IMG/VR virus record: IMGVR_UViG_3300011008_000009
Location: 32,001 to 96,000 of that record
DNA length: 64,000 nucleotides
Origin: a virus
Strand: one strand, 5' to 3'
This document shows, piece after piece, positions 39,035-48,806 of this stretch. Every line of letters begins with the position of its first letter. Positions within the stretch are counted from its first letter, which is position 1. Position numbers and translations under genes: made by a program. The notes under the pieces were generated by a model, which saw nothing but the letters and a program-made list of their open reading frames with translations, did not search any database and had not been told where the DNA came from.

Positions 39035-39580
39035 TCATATATCGCCTATTTGTTCTATAATGAAATTTTCAGCTTGCTTCTCTAAATTTTCAAATGTACT
39101 GTTATTGTCTATAATTATATTATATTTGTAGTTTTCAACTTCTGTATCGGACTTAGTTAATTTTTGAGAACCACTTAGAACTGCTCGTTTAGCATTATCA
39201 TTTTTAATAAAAATCGTCGGGGCGCCGAAAGCACAAGAATATTTAAAAATATTTTCAGGTTCTCTACAATGAACAAATACTATATTTCCTTTTGACTGTT
39301 CTTCTTTTATTTTTTCGCTTGTTAGTACAAAAGGAATATCATTCCAAAGAGCTAATTCATTATGTATAACAGATAATGCTCTTCTAGCTTGCGGCGTTTT
39401 ATTGCCGTCCCAGTTAAATTCCTTTTTAAAGATATCTTTAAGATAATCTATTGTTGAAATGTTAATTACCTCTGTCGTGTCTAATCCTAGTCGATATCGC
39501 CACTCCTTCCAAAGTTTAGAAACCATTGTTACGAAGGTATCTTTACCAGACCTTAGATACCCGTTAATTATAAATACCAT
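39035..39580 (-). CDS. deoxynucleoside monophosphate kinase-like P-loop protein
   Basis: FIINGYLRSGKDTF P-loop. Size and context resemble phage dNMP kinases. Confidence 0.5.
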   Translation of the reverse strand: MVFIINGYLRSGKDTFVTMVSKLWKEWRYRLGLDTTEVINISTIDYLKDIFKKEFNWDGNKTPQARRALSVIHNELALWNDIPFVLTSEKIKEEQSKGNIVFVHCREPENIFKYSCAFGAPTIFIKNDNAKRAVLSGSQKLTKSDTEVENYKYNIIIDNNSTFENLEKQAENFIIEQIGDI

Positions 39581-39594
39581 TTATCCTTCTCCTT

Positions 39595-40044
39595 TTATTC
39601 TATATGGTCACGAGCATAAACGGCTAACGCATCAGCTTTCTCGTTATATTCGTTTCCACCGTGACCTTTTACCTTTTCTATTATTATATCACATTTTTCG
39701 TAAAAAGTCAACAATTGTTCCCATAATCCACGATTTTCGACAGGCGTTCTTTTGGAAGTTAGCCAACCATTCTGGCGCCATTTAATATACCATTTTTGGT
39801 TTATACAATTATAAATATACGCGCTATCTGTATATATTATATTTTTTTCTTTTTCTTTACTATTATTAATAATATATTGTAAAGCCATTATTACTGCTGT
39901 TAATTCCATTTGATTATTAGTAGTATTTTTAGAGTTAGTGTACTCTGTACAAACTTGTTCATTATCATTGTTTAATACTACCATTGCCGCGCCGCCATTC
40001 CAAGTTCCATTGGTGCTACAAGCTCCGTCAGTGTAAAATATCAT
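39595..40044 (-). CDS. rnhA: ribonuclease HI
   Basis: IFYTDGAC...NNQMELTAVIMAL...IYTDSAY...GHGGNEYNEKADALA gives the DEDD catalytic residues. Confidence 0.85.
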   Translation of the reverse strand: MIFYTDGACSTNGTWNGGAAMVVLNNDNEQVCTEYTNSKNTTNNQMELTAVIMALQYIINNSKEKEKNIIYTDSAYIYNCINQKWYIKWRQNGWLTSKRTPVENRGLWEQLLTFYEKCDIIIEKVKGHGGNEYNEKADALAVYARDHIE

Positions 40045-40114
40045 ATTTGCTCCTTTTCTTAGATAGTAATGCTTAAAAATTAACTTATATTTAGGATTGT
40101 TAGCCTATATTTTT

Positions 40115-40143
40115 ATATTATCATAATTTAACAATATTGTCAA
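40115..40143 (-). promoter_or_regulatory. leftward promoter of the divergent pair
   Basis: Minus strand reads TTGACA-17 nt (ending TATGA)-TAATAT. Confidence 0.6.
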
Positions 40144-40147
40144 GTGA

Positions 40148-40176
40148 TTGACTTTTTTAAAATTTTATGATATAAT
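40148..40176 (+). promoter_or_regulatory. rightward promoter of the divergent pair
   Basis: TTGACT-17 nt (ending TATGA)-TATAAT. GGAGG lies at about 40187-40191, before the ATG at 40200. Confidence 0.7.
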
Positions 40177-40199
40177 AATAATAAATGGAGGAATAGAAA

Positions 40200-40448
40200 A
40201 TGAATACATTTACTATACAAATAAATAATGATATTAATAGTAGAGAAGCTGTGGGTTTATCTCAGGCTTTATCTCCTATAAAATCAGAAATATATTTACA
40301 CATCGAAGACCGTAAGGTCAATGCTAAGTCTATCTTAGGTTTGCTTAGCTTAAGTATTAAAAAAGGAGATATACTTAGTTTTGATGTAATCGAAGACAGC
40401 GAGGTAGACGGTATTCGCGCGGCAGTAGAGAAAATATTAACAGAGTGA
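40200..40448 (+). CDS. HPr/Crh-like phosphocarrier-fold protein lacking the active-site His
   Basis: VNAKSILGLLSLSIKKGDILSF matches the HPr Ser46 region (N-L-K-S-I-M-G-V-M-S-L-G). Asn13 sits at the His15 position, in DINSREA versus GIHARPA. Confidence 0.7.
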   Translation: MNTFTIQINNDINSREAVGLSQALSPIKSEIYLHIEDRKVNAKSILGLLSLSIKKGDILSFDVIEDSEVDGIRAAVEKILTE

Positions 40449-40458
40449 GGTTTGAATA

Positions 40459-42942
40459 ATGGCAGATAAAAATTATTTATATGATAGTGAAGATTATTTA
40501 GAAAGACCTTCACATTACGATAATTTTTTTAATCCTATTATTACACCTTACAAGTTTCAAAACGTAAACGAAGAAAAGTATAATAATAATGTTGACCTTA
40601 TTAATAAGGAATTTCCTAAATCTATTTTACAAGATAGCACGGGACATTGGATAAGAATTATCAACACAGAAGATTATATAGATGAAGAATCTGCCACTAT
40701 TGAAGCAGAAATAATTAAGAAGTATGGAGAATTGGTTCAAAATTACTATGGTTTAGGCAATCGTAATTTATTACAAAATCCAGACGTAGATTATGAAGTA
40801 ATTCGTAGCTATGGATATGAAGTATCTGAAGATTCGATATTATATCCACAGAGCGCCTTGCGTTGGAGTGAAACCTACAATAAATGGTTTGCTATTTGGT
40901 ACACTCCTATAAAAGAAGATGGGTCTATAATTAGCAAAGCCAATGCAAAAAGTTATTTAACTACTTTATTTACTAGTACAGACTTCCTGGTGGCAGATAA
41001 AGAAGGTAATAATATAATTTTAAGAATAGACAAAGAGTTAGGTTTCAGTGCCATAGACGTTATTAGTGTAGATAAAACCTACGAAACTGATAATGTTAAA
41101 AGAGTAAAACAGGAATTATCCAATTGGAGTACTGCACTTACTCAGGCTCAACAGTATTACTGGGATTTGGTGGAAACCTATGGAAATGTAGACGGAAGCA
41201 ATTATCTATTCATTGATGAAGATAAAAATATTTTTAGTAGGACTAACAGAAAGTCCTACTTTACCTTTAAAGTAGAAAATAATAATTATACCGATTTAGG
41301 AATAGCATTAGATGAAGAAATAAGTAGTCTCCAAGATTGGCAACAAAATACCGATTATAAAATTGGAGATTATGTGCTACACAGCGAGACAATAAGCGGG
41401 GTTGAAACGCCCTGTTTGTACTATTGTGTAAAGGATAATAATAGTGGAGAAACTTTTGAAGTAGCTACCATTGTTAAAAGAAAACAATATGGACAAGAAG
41501 TAGATGTCTTGGTGGCTCAATGGAAATTAGTATCTACCGAATATGGAAAAGAATTAAACAAAATCCTAGAAAGATTTCCAAATTTCAATCCAGAAGGATA
41601 TTATAGATTTGTTTTTCCTGCTCTTGAGAGTCGGCGCCCGCGCCAATATTATCCCAACGGTGAATTAAAGCCTGATGCACAGCGTGGTAGCCTATATATA
41701 AATCAAAGTAATAATGAAGAAAATCGGTTCTTTGCCATTACTCCTTGTTATGCTTACGACCCAAACACAGGGAAAGACAACATCGAGTATAAAATTATTG
41801 CGAACGCGGATATTTCGAGTAATTATATCGAAGAAGAAGAAGGATATGTCGGACCTAAAAAATATATAACTTCCGCGCAGAAAATAATAGTTTACTTTGA
41901 GAAACTTGCTTTAGCTAATAATAATATAGTATCAATGAGTTTTGATAGTAAAGTAACCAAGATAACCAAAGATGCTTTTTATAAAAGAGATGACTTGCTA
42001 AAGGTTTCAATACGCCAAGGCGCCCAGTCAATAGGTAACAGAGCTTTTGGCGGCTGCACCAATCTTCAGCAGGCTTTGCTTCCTAGTAGTTTAGTTATTA
42101 TGGGAGACGGTTTATTTGCAGGTTGCCGCCTATTGAAACGAGCCACGGTGCCGCCTAATATTATTTCTTTAAATGCAACTTTTAATGGTTGTGAAAATTT
42201 AGAAAGCGCAGTATTAAGTCCTTTTACAGTTGAAATAGGAGACAGTGCTTTTTCAAACTGCTTGAATTTAAAGAAGGTTTATAACACAAGTAAAGTTTCT
42301 ATATTAGGTAAATCAGCCTTTTTAAATTGCGAAAATTTAAAGAATTTTACAATTAATAAGGAAATAATTAGCATACCCGACAGAGCTTTCAAGAATTGTA
42401 AAAATTGTCATTTTACCCTTGAAGAAAGAGAGGAAGGAGAAGAGTTAGTAAGTTTAGGAATAAGCAGCTTTGAAGGCTGTGAACAGCTAACCAAAACTTT
42501 TGATTTATCCAAAATTCAACTCTTAGGTGACGGCGCCTATAAGAATTGCTTTAATATACAAGAAATGAATTTCAATTTTGGAGACGATTATGTAAGTAAA
42601 CTTATTCCTAAAAATTTTTGTTATGGTTGCTATAATCTGAAAACTATTAATTTAGGAGAAGCAGAAATACTTGACGACGGATGTTTCCAAAATTGTGCTT
42701 CTTTAAGAGAAGTTACTATCCCTACTACAGTTAAACAATTGGGTACTAACGTTTTCTATGATTGTTTTAATTTAAAGACATTAAAAGTTCCCACTGTTTA
42801 TCCTAGTGGTGTTGGCGCCTGGATAGAAAATCCTAATATAGTTTCAGACGCAAATAGAATAAATTGGATAGACCCTACCTTTACAACGGTTACTAATTAC
42901 AATGGGGATGTGATTAAATGGAAGAAAGCAGTAATACATTAA
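40459..42942 (+). CDS. large surface/adsorption protein with C-terminal BspA-type leucine-rich repeats
   Basis: The C-terminal roughly 330 aa are repeats of AFxxCxNLxxhxhPxxhxxIGxxAF. One CBM5/12-like segment: WQQNTDYKIGDYVLH...LYYCV. Confidence 0.7.
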   Translation: MADKNYLYDSEDYLERPSHYDNFFNPIITPYKFQNVNEEKYNNNVDLINKEFPKSILQDSTGHWIRIINTEDYIDEESATIEAEIIKKYGELVQNYYGLGNRNLLQNPDVDYEVIRSYGYEVSEDSILYPQSALRWSETYNKWFAIWYTPIKEDGSIISKANAKSYLTTLFTSTDFLVADKEGNNIILRIDKELGFSAIDVISVDKTYETDNVKRVKQELSNWSTALTQAQQYYWDLVETYGNVDGSNYLFIDEDKNIFSRTNRKSYFTFKVENNNYTDLGIALDEEISSLQDWQQNTDYKIGDYVLHSETISGVETPCLYYCVKDNNSGETFEVATIVKRKQYGQEVDVLVAQWKLVSTEYGKELNKILERFPNFNPEGYYRFVFPALESRRPRQYYPNGELKPDAQRGSLYINQSNNEENRFFAITPCYAYDPNTGKDNIEYKIIANADISSNYIEEEEGYVGPKKYITSAQKIIVYFEKLALANNNIVSMSFDSKVTKITKDAFYKRDDLLKVSIRQGAQSIGNRAFGGCTNLQQALLPSSLVIMGDGLFAGCRLLKRATVPPNIISLNATFNGCENLESAVLSPFTVEIGDSAFSNCLNLKKVYNTSKVSILGKSAFLNCENLKNFTINKEIISIPDRAFKNCKNCHFTLEEREEGEELVSLGISSFEGCEQLTKTFDLSKIQLLGDGAYKNCFNIQEMNFNFGDDYVSKLIPKNFCYGCYNLKTINLGEAEILDDGCFQNCASLREVTIPTTVKQLGTNVFYDCFNLKTLKVPTVYPSGVGAWIENPNIVSDANRINWIDPTFTTVTNYNGDVIKWKKAVIH

Positions 42943-43184
42943 TCAGAGAATTAACCAATTTATTTAAATTAATTTTAATTAGTGGTGAACCCACAAGTGA
43001 AGTAGAATATAGAGAAAATGTGCAGGATACTGCTCATCTATTAAATATTACGGTTCAACAAAAGGATAAGGGCGAAGCAAAGTACGAAGTTAGTAGATTA
43101 AGTAGTAAATATAAAACGCAATACAATACTTTGCCCGAAGAAGAGGGTGCCACCCGGAGATTATATTTTATAAAGGAGACTTAA
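42918..43184 (+). CDS. hypothetical protein
   Basis: 88-aa ORF overlapping the upstream stop and ending 1 nt before the next start. Confidence 0.5.
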   Translation: MEESSNTLIRELTNLFKLILISGEPTSEVEYRENVQDTAHLLNITVQQKDKGEAKYEVSRLSSKYKTQYNTLPEEEGATRRLYFIKET

Positions 43185-44924
43185 ATGTTACAAGAAGTTA
43201 GAAACATTAGCGGTTATTATATTAATGATGCTAACAATATAATAAATAACGCCAATGCTAATATTTTGGAATATAATTTCGCGCAGGTCATACAAGACCC
43301 AGATAATATAGTAAAGTACATAAAGGTAGTTTCGTCTGAGGATTTTAATAGCTTAGAGTTAAGAAATGATACTTTGTATTTTATTAATGATATTAACGAA
43401 GAAGTCTCTGAGGTTACAGATATACTTGATATTGCATTAAGTAACTACGGAAGTGAAGATGGTGAACCTAACACATTATGGGTATTAACCGTAGATTACG
43501 AAATGGAAATGGTTTATCTATGGAGTAGCGCGGTTAATAAAGGACTTTTTACCATTCGTAAGGTTTGGAAAGGTTTTAAAAATGGCGCGATGGCTTTTGA
43601 TGGAACGTGGGATTATGTTAGAGGAAAAGATTATAGTGTACTTTACACTGAAGCCGAACCTTTTGTAGTCCTTATCCGTAATGATGATAAGCTATTTGCT
43701 TTTCCAAGTTTAAATTATAAAACCAGTGGTGGAACCTATGAAGCTAAATTAATTGCTCCCGCCGAGTCCGAAACCGAAGCAACAGTAACCTATGTTAGTG
43801 TGGATAAGGGATACGGATCAAAGCTATTTAAAGATACCGATATGGGTATGGTTATCTGCTTTATTCAAGCAAATTCTGGTAGTTATAAAATTGCTTACTC
43901 AATGTACACCTATCCAGATGAAAATACCGATACCAAAGAATTAATAGGACCAGAGACTATATTCACTCAAAATGAAGCAATTACTCAGGTAACGGTTCGG
44001 CGTCTAAATGACTATCGAGTTGGTATTACATATAATTACAATAAGACAGTAGATGGTACTTTAACCTATAAAACTGGTTTTAGATATAGTAGAAGAGAAT
44101 ATTCGGGAGTTGCTTTTCACCCCGAATTTTTTGAAATAGAAAATAAATTTCGACCAAGTAGTATACTATATGGCGCTGTAAGAACAGATAATAAGAATAC
44201 AGTACCAGTACCTAGATTAGTTTTGGAAAATGATAGGCGAGATAATAGTTCAACACTATATTTCCAACTTGGTTTAGGTAGCGAACTAAATCTACAATTA
44301 GTCAAATTAGAGGCTTTAAATCCTAATGACCCTAATAGCAAAGGCGCGATCACGTTATTTGCCGATGCAGGATTTGAAGTGGTGAATGATTATCCTTATG
44401 GTTATTACGAAGTAGATGGAACACCTTCTAAAGCTGAAATTGAATGGATAAGAGCTGAGGGTACAAGATTAATTGTTAAATTAATGGGCGATAAAATGCC
44501 CTTAACGCCTTTTGTGTTACAGCCTAATTATCAATCAACTTATAGCTATTTGCTTCGCTTTGATGGTAGTGTAGATAAACAGCAACAGCATGGAGATGTT
44601 AAAGGTTGGTTTGCATTTACTAATGGAACTTCTTATGAGTATAAGAAAAATCCAAAAAGAAGTTGGGGAGCTTCTGCAGATGAAATCTTTTGGGGATTAG
44701 GCACTAGCACATTTCAAGTAGATTGGTCCAGTTGCTTTTATGCTACTTTTATGACCTCAATAACTATTGGTGTAGAATTAGGTTTTTATCATTCTACTTA
44801 TAATAATAATCATATGGACTCTGTTCAATTTATTACTCCTACCTTGTCAGAGCCTTATATTCGTCTTAATGTAACAAGCAGTTACTCTAATGTTATGAGT
44901 TCTGGAGGTATTATAGATGTTTAA
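43185..44924 (+). CDS. hypothetical structural protein
   Basis: 579-aa ORF in a tightly packed + strand array. No motif recognised. Confidence 0.65.
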   Translation: MLQEVRNISGYYINDANNIINNANANILEYNFAQVIQDPDNIVKYIKVVSSEDFNSLELRNDTLYFINDINEEVSEVTDILDIALSNYGSEDGEPNTLWVLTVDYEMEMVYLWSSAVNKGLFTIRKVWKGFKNGAMAFDGTWDYVRGKDYSVLYTEAEPFVVLIRNDDKLFAFPSLNYKTSGGTYEAKLIAPAESETEATVTYVSVDKGYGSKLFKDTDMGMVICFIQANSGSYKIAYSMYTYPDENTDTKELIGPETIFTQNEAITQVTVRRLNDYRVGITYNYNKTVDGTLTYKTGFRYSRREYSGVAFHPEFFEIENKFRPSSILYGAVRTDNKNTVPVPRLVLENDRRDNSSTLYFQLGLGSELNLQLVKLEALNPNDPNSKGAITLFADAGFEVVNDYPYGYYEVDGTPSKAEIEWIRAEGTRLIVKLMGDKMPLTPFVLQPNYQSTYSYLLRFDGSVDKQQQHGDVKGWFAFTNGTSYEYKKNPKRSWGASADEIFWGLGTSTFQVDWSSCFYATFMTSITIGVELGFYHSTYNNNHMDSVQFITPTLSEPYIRLNVTSSYSNVMSSGGIIDV

Positions 44925-46596
44925 TACAGAAAAACAAAATTGTATAGAATGTCATAATAAATATGAATTTATTGTTTTAGATGAAAATAGAGAAGTCGTT
45001 GAAAAAGGAACTTACTATAATTCCGCTGACTCTGGAGTATATGCAGAGGAAATTGGAAGTTCCAAAACTAATTCTACTACTGTTAATCTTATCTATACAC
45101 CGCCCGAAGGAGAAGAAAGTACTACTGGTTTCGGAGTAAGTTTTAGTAAGGTTAATGCTGAAACTATATATGATTTTGGAGATACTATTGAGTTTGTTGG
45201 CTCATTAGAAATTTCTTCTAATCAGTTGATAGGTAGTATAAGTAAAATAGCTTTAGGTCATGGAAAAAGGAATGAAGATGACGAAGAGTCAAATGAAGTT
45301 AAATATTGGTCAGAAACTAATTGTAGTATTAGTATGGGTGAAAAAAACACTCTAATTCTGAATATATATTTAAACTTTAGCGTGTTGGCGCCGAGTGGCA
45401 AAAGATATGACAAAAAATTTAGTTCGTTGTTGAATAACGGATACAATTATTTTCCGACCCCAGGCGCGCTTTCTATAGAAATAAGTTCTGTACCAATAAG
45501 TGGATTACCTTCTCCACTTGCCAAAAGAGTACCTACCTTTATGTCATTACCTACAACAACAGAGTTAGGAGATTTTAGTTCTCCTTGTTTTATTAGAAGA
45601 AATCCTAGTAATTTGGAAGACCAAGAAGGGGTATTGTTTTTACCCTCTGTGGGTGTCAAAAAAGTATACGGTTTTGGAGACAAGAGTAATTTCAATTGTG
45701 GAATTATGGAAACTATGGTCTTTCCAGATATTGGCGCATCAACCTTTACCGCTTCGGGAGCAGGAGGCGGGGTATTTACAACTATTATACCCGTCGTTAA
45801 ACTTTACGCACAGGATTTAAGAGAGTTATCAGACCAAAATACTGACCAGTATTTCTACTGTGCAATACCTAAGTGTTGTTTATTAGAAGAGACGCAAATA
45901 GTAGTAAACAATACAGTTATAGAACCAGGCAGTATTACTTTTACTGACCCTAGTGAATTACATACAATTGGGGTTACGGCAGTTGGTATGACTTCTGATG
46001 AGCAAGTAAGTATCAATACTTATCGAAATACGAATGTAGGTTCCAGTTATGCCAATTATCTCTTTGAGACTGATGGTTACTGGGAGCCGCCAAGCGGATC
46101 GGCTGTTAGTCCTACTTATGTATATTTAGCATCGGCGCCAAAATATGTAGTAACAGGAGCAAATATTAGTTGCTCATTCCAAGGGAAGAATGTAAATACA
46201 GACGATTGGGAAAGTATTGGTTCTGCATCAAGATATGATAAAGTAACTCTAAATTATGACACTTCATTATATAACGCTTACCGAGCTATAGTGTCGGCGC
46301 CGAGTAGTAGCAGTACAGGATATTATCTAAACGAAACAGAAAAAGTAGTTTTATCTTTAAAATCATATGACGAAATGATTTTGAGAATTGGTGACGAGTC
46401 CAATAATTTTACTAGAACAGGTATTAAGATTACAATTGGACAAATTAATACTTGGCTTGCAGCGATGGGAGCAGACCAATCAAAGACAGCCTATACGGTA
46501 GGCTTGCAGGTTACAATACGTAATGCTATGTTTAAGTCTGCTAACACCGTAGCATATATGCAATATAATGTTACTACAACGGGGGCGAGTGTATAA
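44917..46596 (+). CDS. hypothetical structural protein (N-terminal HNxYE family, member 1)
   Basis: N-terminus IECHNKYEFIVLDENREVVEKGTYYNSA is shared with the next two ORFs. GGAGG precedes the ATG. Confidence 0.65.
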   Translation: MFNTEKQNCIECHNKYEFIVLDENREVVEKGTYYNSADSGVYAEEIGSSKTNSTTVNLIYTPPEGEESTTGFGVSFSKVNAETIYDFGDTIEFVGSLEISSNQLIGSISKIALGHGKRNEDDEESNEVKYWSETNCSISMGEKNTLILNIYLNFSVLAPSGKRYDKKFSSLLNNGYNYFPTPGALSIEISSVPISGLPSPLAKRVPTFMSLPTTTELGDFSSPCFIRRNPSNLEDQEGVLFLPSVGVKKVYGFGDKSNFNCGIMETMVFPDIGASTFTASGAGGGVFTTIIPVVKLYAQDLRELSDQNTDQYFYCAIPKCCLLEETQIVVNNTVIEPGSITFTDPSELHTIGVTAVGMTSDEQVSINTYRNTNVGSSYANYLFETDGYWEPPSGSAVSPTYVYLASAPKYVVTGANISCSFQGKNVNTDDWESIGSASRYDKVTLNYDTSLYNAYRAIVSAPSSSSTGYYLNETEKVVLSLKSYDEMILRIGDESNNFTRTGIKITIGQINTWLAAMGADQSKTAYTVGLQVTIRNAMFKSANTVAYMQYNVTTTGASV

Positions 46597-48794
46597 TGGA
46601 TTTAAGTCTTTTAAACCCCGATATTCAAATAACTAATAATTATTATTTTACATTAAAAAACTCAGAGGGAAAGGTTATTCAACAAGAAGTTGTTCATAAT
46701 GAAGCTCAATGGAAAAAATATATTAGACACCGAATGACAAGTTTAAGTTTATATTTAGGAATTTTTACTGAACGAGATGCTTTAAGATATCAGACTAATG
46801 GATATTGGAATGAAGGATATGCTGCACAAATTAGTGGAAAAACCATAAAAGACTCAGAGGGTAATGAGATTTTTATACCAACTGGTGGTTATACTGTAGA
46901 ATCAGGCAAACAGTATAAAGTAGGTGAGCCTAATGTAATATTTAAACCAAGTATGAAAAAAAATCCTTCTTCGTTATTTGGTACACAAGTATTTGCAGGA
47001 TCAATGAGTTGGTCTTGTGATAAAATATTTAAAAATGATGAAGGTTATTGTGTAAGATACGTGGGTAAAACCACTTGGGGATATCATAGTGACACTAATC
47101 CTTATAATCAATATCACGAAGGTTCTGGCAGCGCAAGCAGTAGTAATGCTGGTTTTGACTTTAGTGAACAATCACCAAACGAAAATAAATTTGGTATAAA
47201 ACTGTTTGATGGTGGGTTAGGCTCTCGTAATTTTGGCTTATTTACTCACTTCGCTACAAGTATGATTAAAGCTCCTACTGATATTCTAGAAATTAAAGTT
47301 GAAGTTGTTTTTATGCGAATAAAAATCGGTATAGCTGGCGGCACACCGATAGCTCCTTGTATGAACGCAGGATTTGGTCACAGTCTTAATTCTCCTAATT
47401 CTTCTTTAACTAGTTTTTATCCATCTACCTTTGGTGTTTCAGTGTATCCAACATATAGGGTGCAAAATATTGATGAAGTACCTGATGATATGACGGATTT
47501 TCAAACTGCAATTACTGGTAACATCCCTCCAATAGGAAGTCATAGTCTATTTAGTTTATCTAGTTATGACGTATACGATCAGTGGTTAACTACTGATACT
47601 CCAACAGATTGGGATGAAGAAACAAATGGAACTTGGTATGGTTTTCCATTACATCTTAATACTCATTGTGAAGGCTGGTCTCCTTATGTAATGCGTACTG
47701 AAATTTTAAAAGATGGTACTGAAGTTAAAAAATATGTTTGCGACACTGACGGAACACGAAGAATATCTTTTGGTGAGTTAGAACAATCAACTGTATTGAA
47801 ATACAGAAGTTCTTGTATTGGACCCATTTCATGCACTTTGATAAATGGTTTTACTACTTATGGTAACCAGAATCTTGTGCCACAAAATGGAGATAGTCAT
47901 ACAGTTACTTTTATAAATATAGGTTATGGAGATGGAGTAAGAACTAGATTTTATCATCCTTTTACAAAAGGAATAATTAAAGCCTATTATACAGTTGGTT
48001 CATCAATGTATGATGCACAAACCATTAACTATTATCGCACCTCCGATAATATATTTGCAAGATACCCTAACTTCTCTTGTTATAGAAATGGAGAAAAACT
48101 TTTTAGTCATCGACCTAGAAGTGTTGATGGTTCTCCAAGTTTACCTATTAATAATAGAATTTTTAATGAAGATTTAGCAGATAGAAAAAATATTGAGCAC
48201 CCCTACTCAGCTTATCAAAACTATTTTCCCGAAAGTAAACAGACTATTTTTGGTTTACATCCTTTTGATAATAATTACTATCCAATTAGAGGATTATTAG
48301 GGAAAAGCGAAATCGTAGTTCATGACTTTATTACTGCAGGTAAGATTATCGGTAGTGGCTGGAATGGACTTGACCGTGACCAATGGTGGTCGGCGCCAAT
48401 GCATATTATAACAGGTGACAACGAGGACGAGGTTGGACAAGGAATAGGACGAGAAATAGTGCTTCAATCTTTTCCTTCTCAGCACGATGAAACCAGATTT
48501 AATTTTGAATGTGACCGATACGTAGGTTTTTATGGTGGCGAATACTGGCAACTTGGTAGTGCTTACGCTGGAGGATTAAGATATGCAGGATATACTCCAA
48601 TGTCGGTAAGAATAACCGAAGGACGGGATAATGATGTAGAAGGTTATATAGAATTTGACCAACCGGTCCCTGCTAATGCCAAAGTATATGTAAATGTTGA
48701 TTTTAGTGGAGTTTCATTTTTGGGCAGCTTCTCAGAAGTTAGTGGTAAAGGATACTTTTCATTAGGGTCAAAGAAAGACAATGGTAAATCTTAA
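46596..48794 (+). CDS. hypothetical structural protein (N-terminal HNxYE family, member 2)
   Basis: N-terminus IQITNNYYFTLKNSEGKVIQQEVVHNEA. Confidence 0.65.
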   Translation: MDLSLLNPDIQITNNYYFTLKNSEGKVIQQEVVHNEAQWKKYIRHRMTSLSLYLGIFTERDALRYQTNGYWNEGYAAQISGKTIKDSEGNEIFIPTGGYTVESGKQYKVGEPNVIFKPSMKKNPSSLFGTQVFAGSMSWSCDKIFKNDEGYCVRYVGKTTWGYHSDTNPYNQYHEGSGSASSSNAGFDFSEQSPNENKFGIKLFDGGLGSRNFGLFTHFATSMIKAPTDILEIKVEVVFMRIKIGIAGGTPIAPCMNAGFGHSLNSPNSSLTSFYPSTFGVSVYPTYRVQNIDEVPDDMTDFQTAITGNIPPIGSHSLFSLSSYDVYDQWLTTDTPTDWDEETNGTWYGFPLHLNTHCEGWSPYVMRTEILKDGTEVKKYVCDTDGTRRISFGELEQSTVLKYRSSCIGPISCTLINGFTTYGNQNLVPQNGDSHTVTFINIGYGDGVRTRFYHPFTKGIIKAYYTVGSSMYDAQTINYYRTSDNIFARYPNFSCYRNGEKLFSHRPRSVDGSPSLPINNRIFNEDLADRKNIEHPYSAYQNYFPESKQTIFGLHPFDNNYYPIRGLLGKSEIVVHDFITAGKIIGSGWNGLDRDQWWSAPMHIITGDNEDEVGQGIGREIVLQSFPSQHDETRFNFECDRYVGFYGGEYWQLGSAYAGGLRYAGYTPMSVRITEGRDNDVEGYIEFDQPVPANAKVYVNVDFSGVSFLGSFSEVSGKGYFSLGSKKDNGKS

Positions 48795-48806
48795 TAACGT
48801 AGGTGA

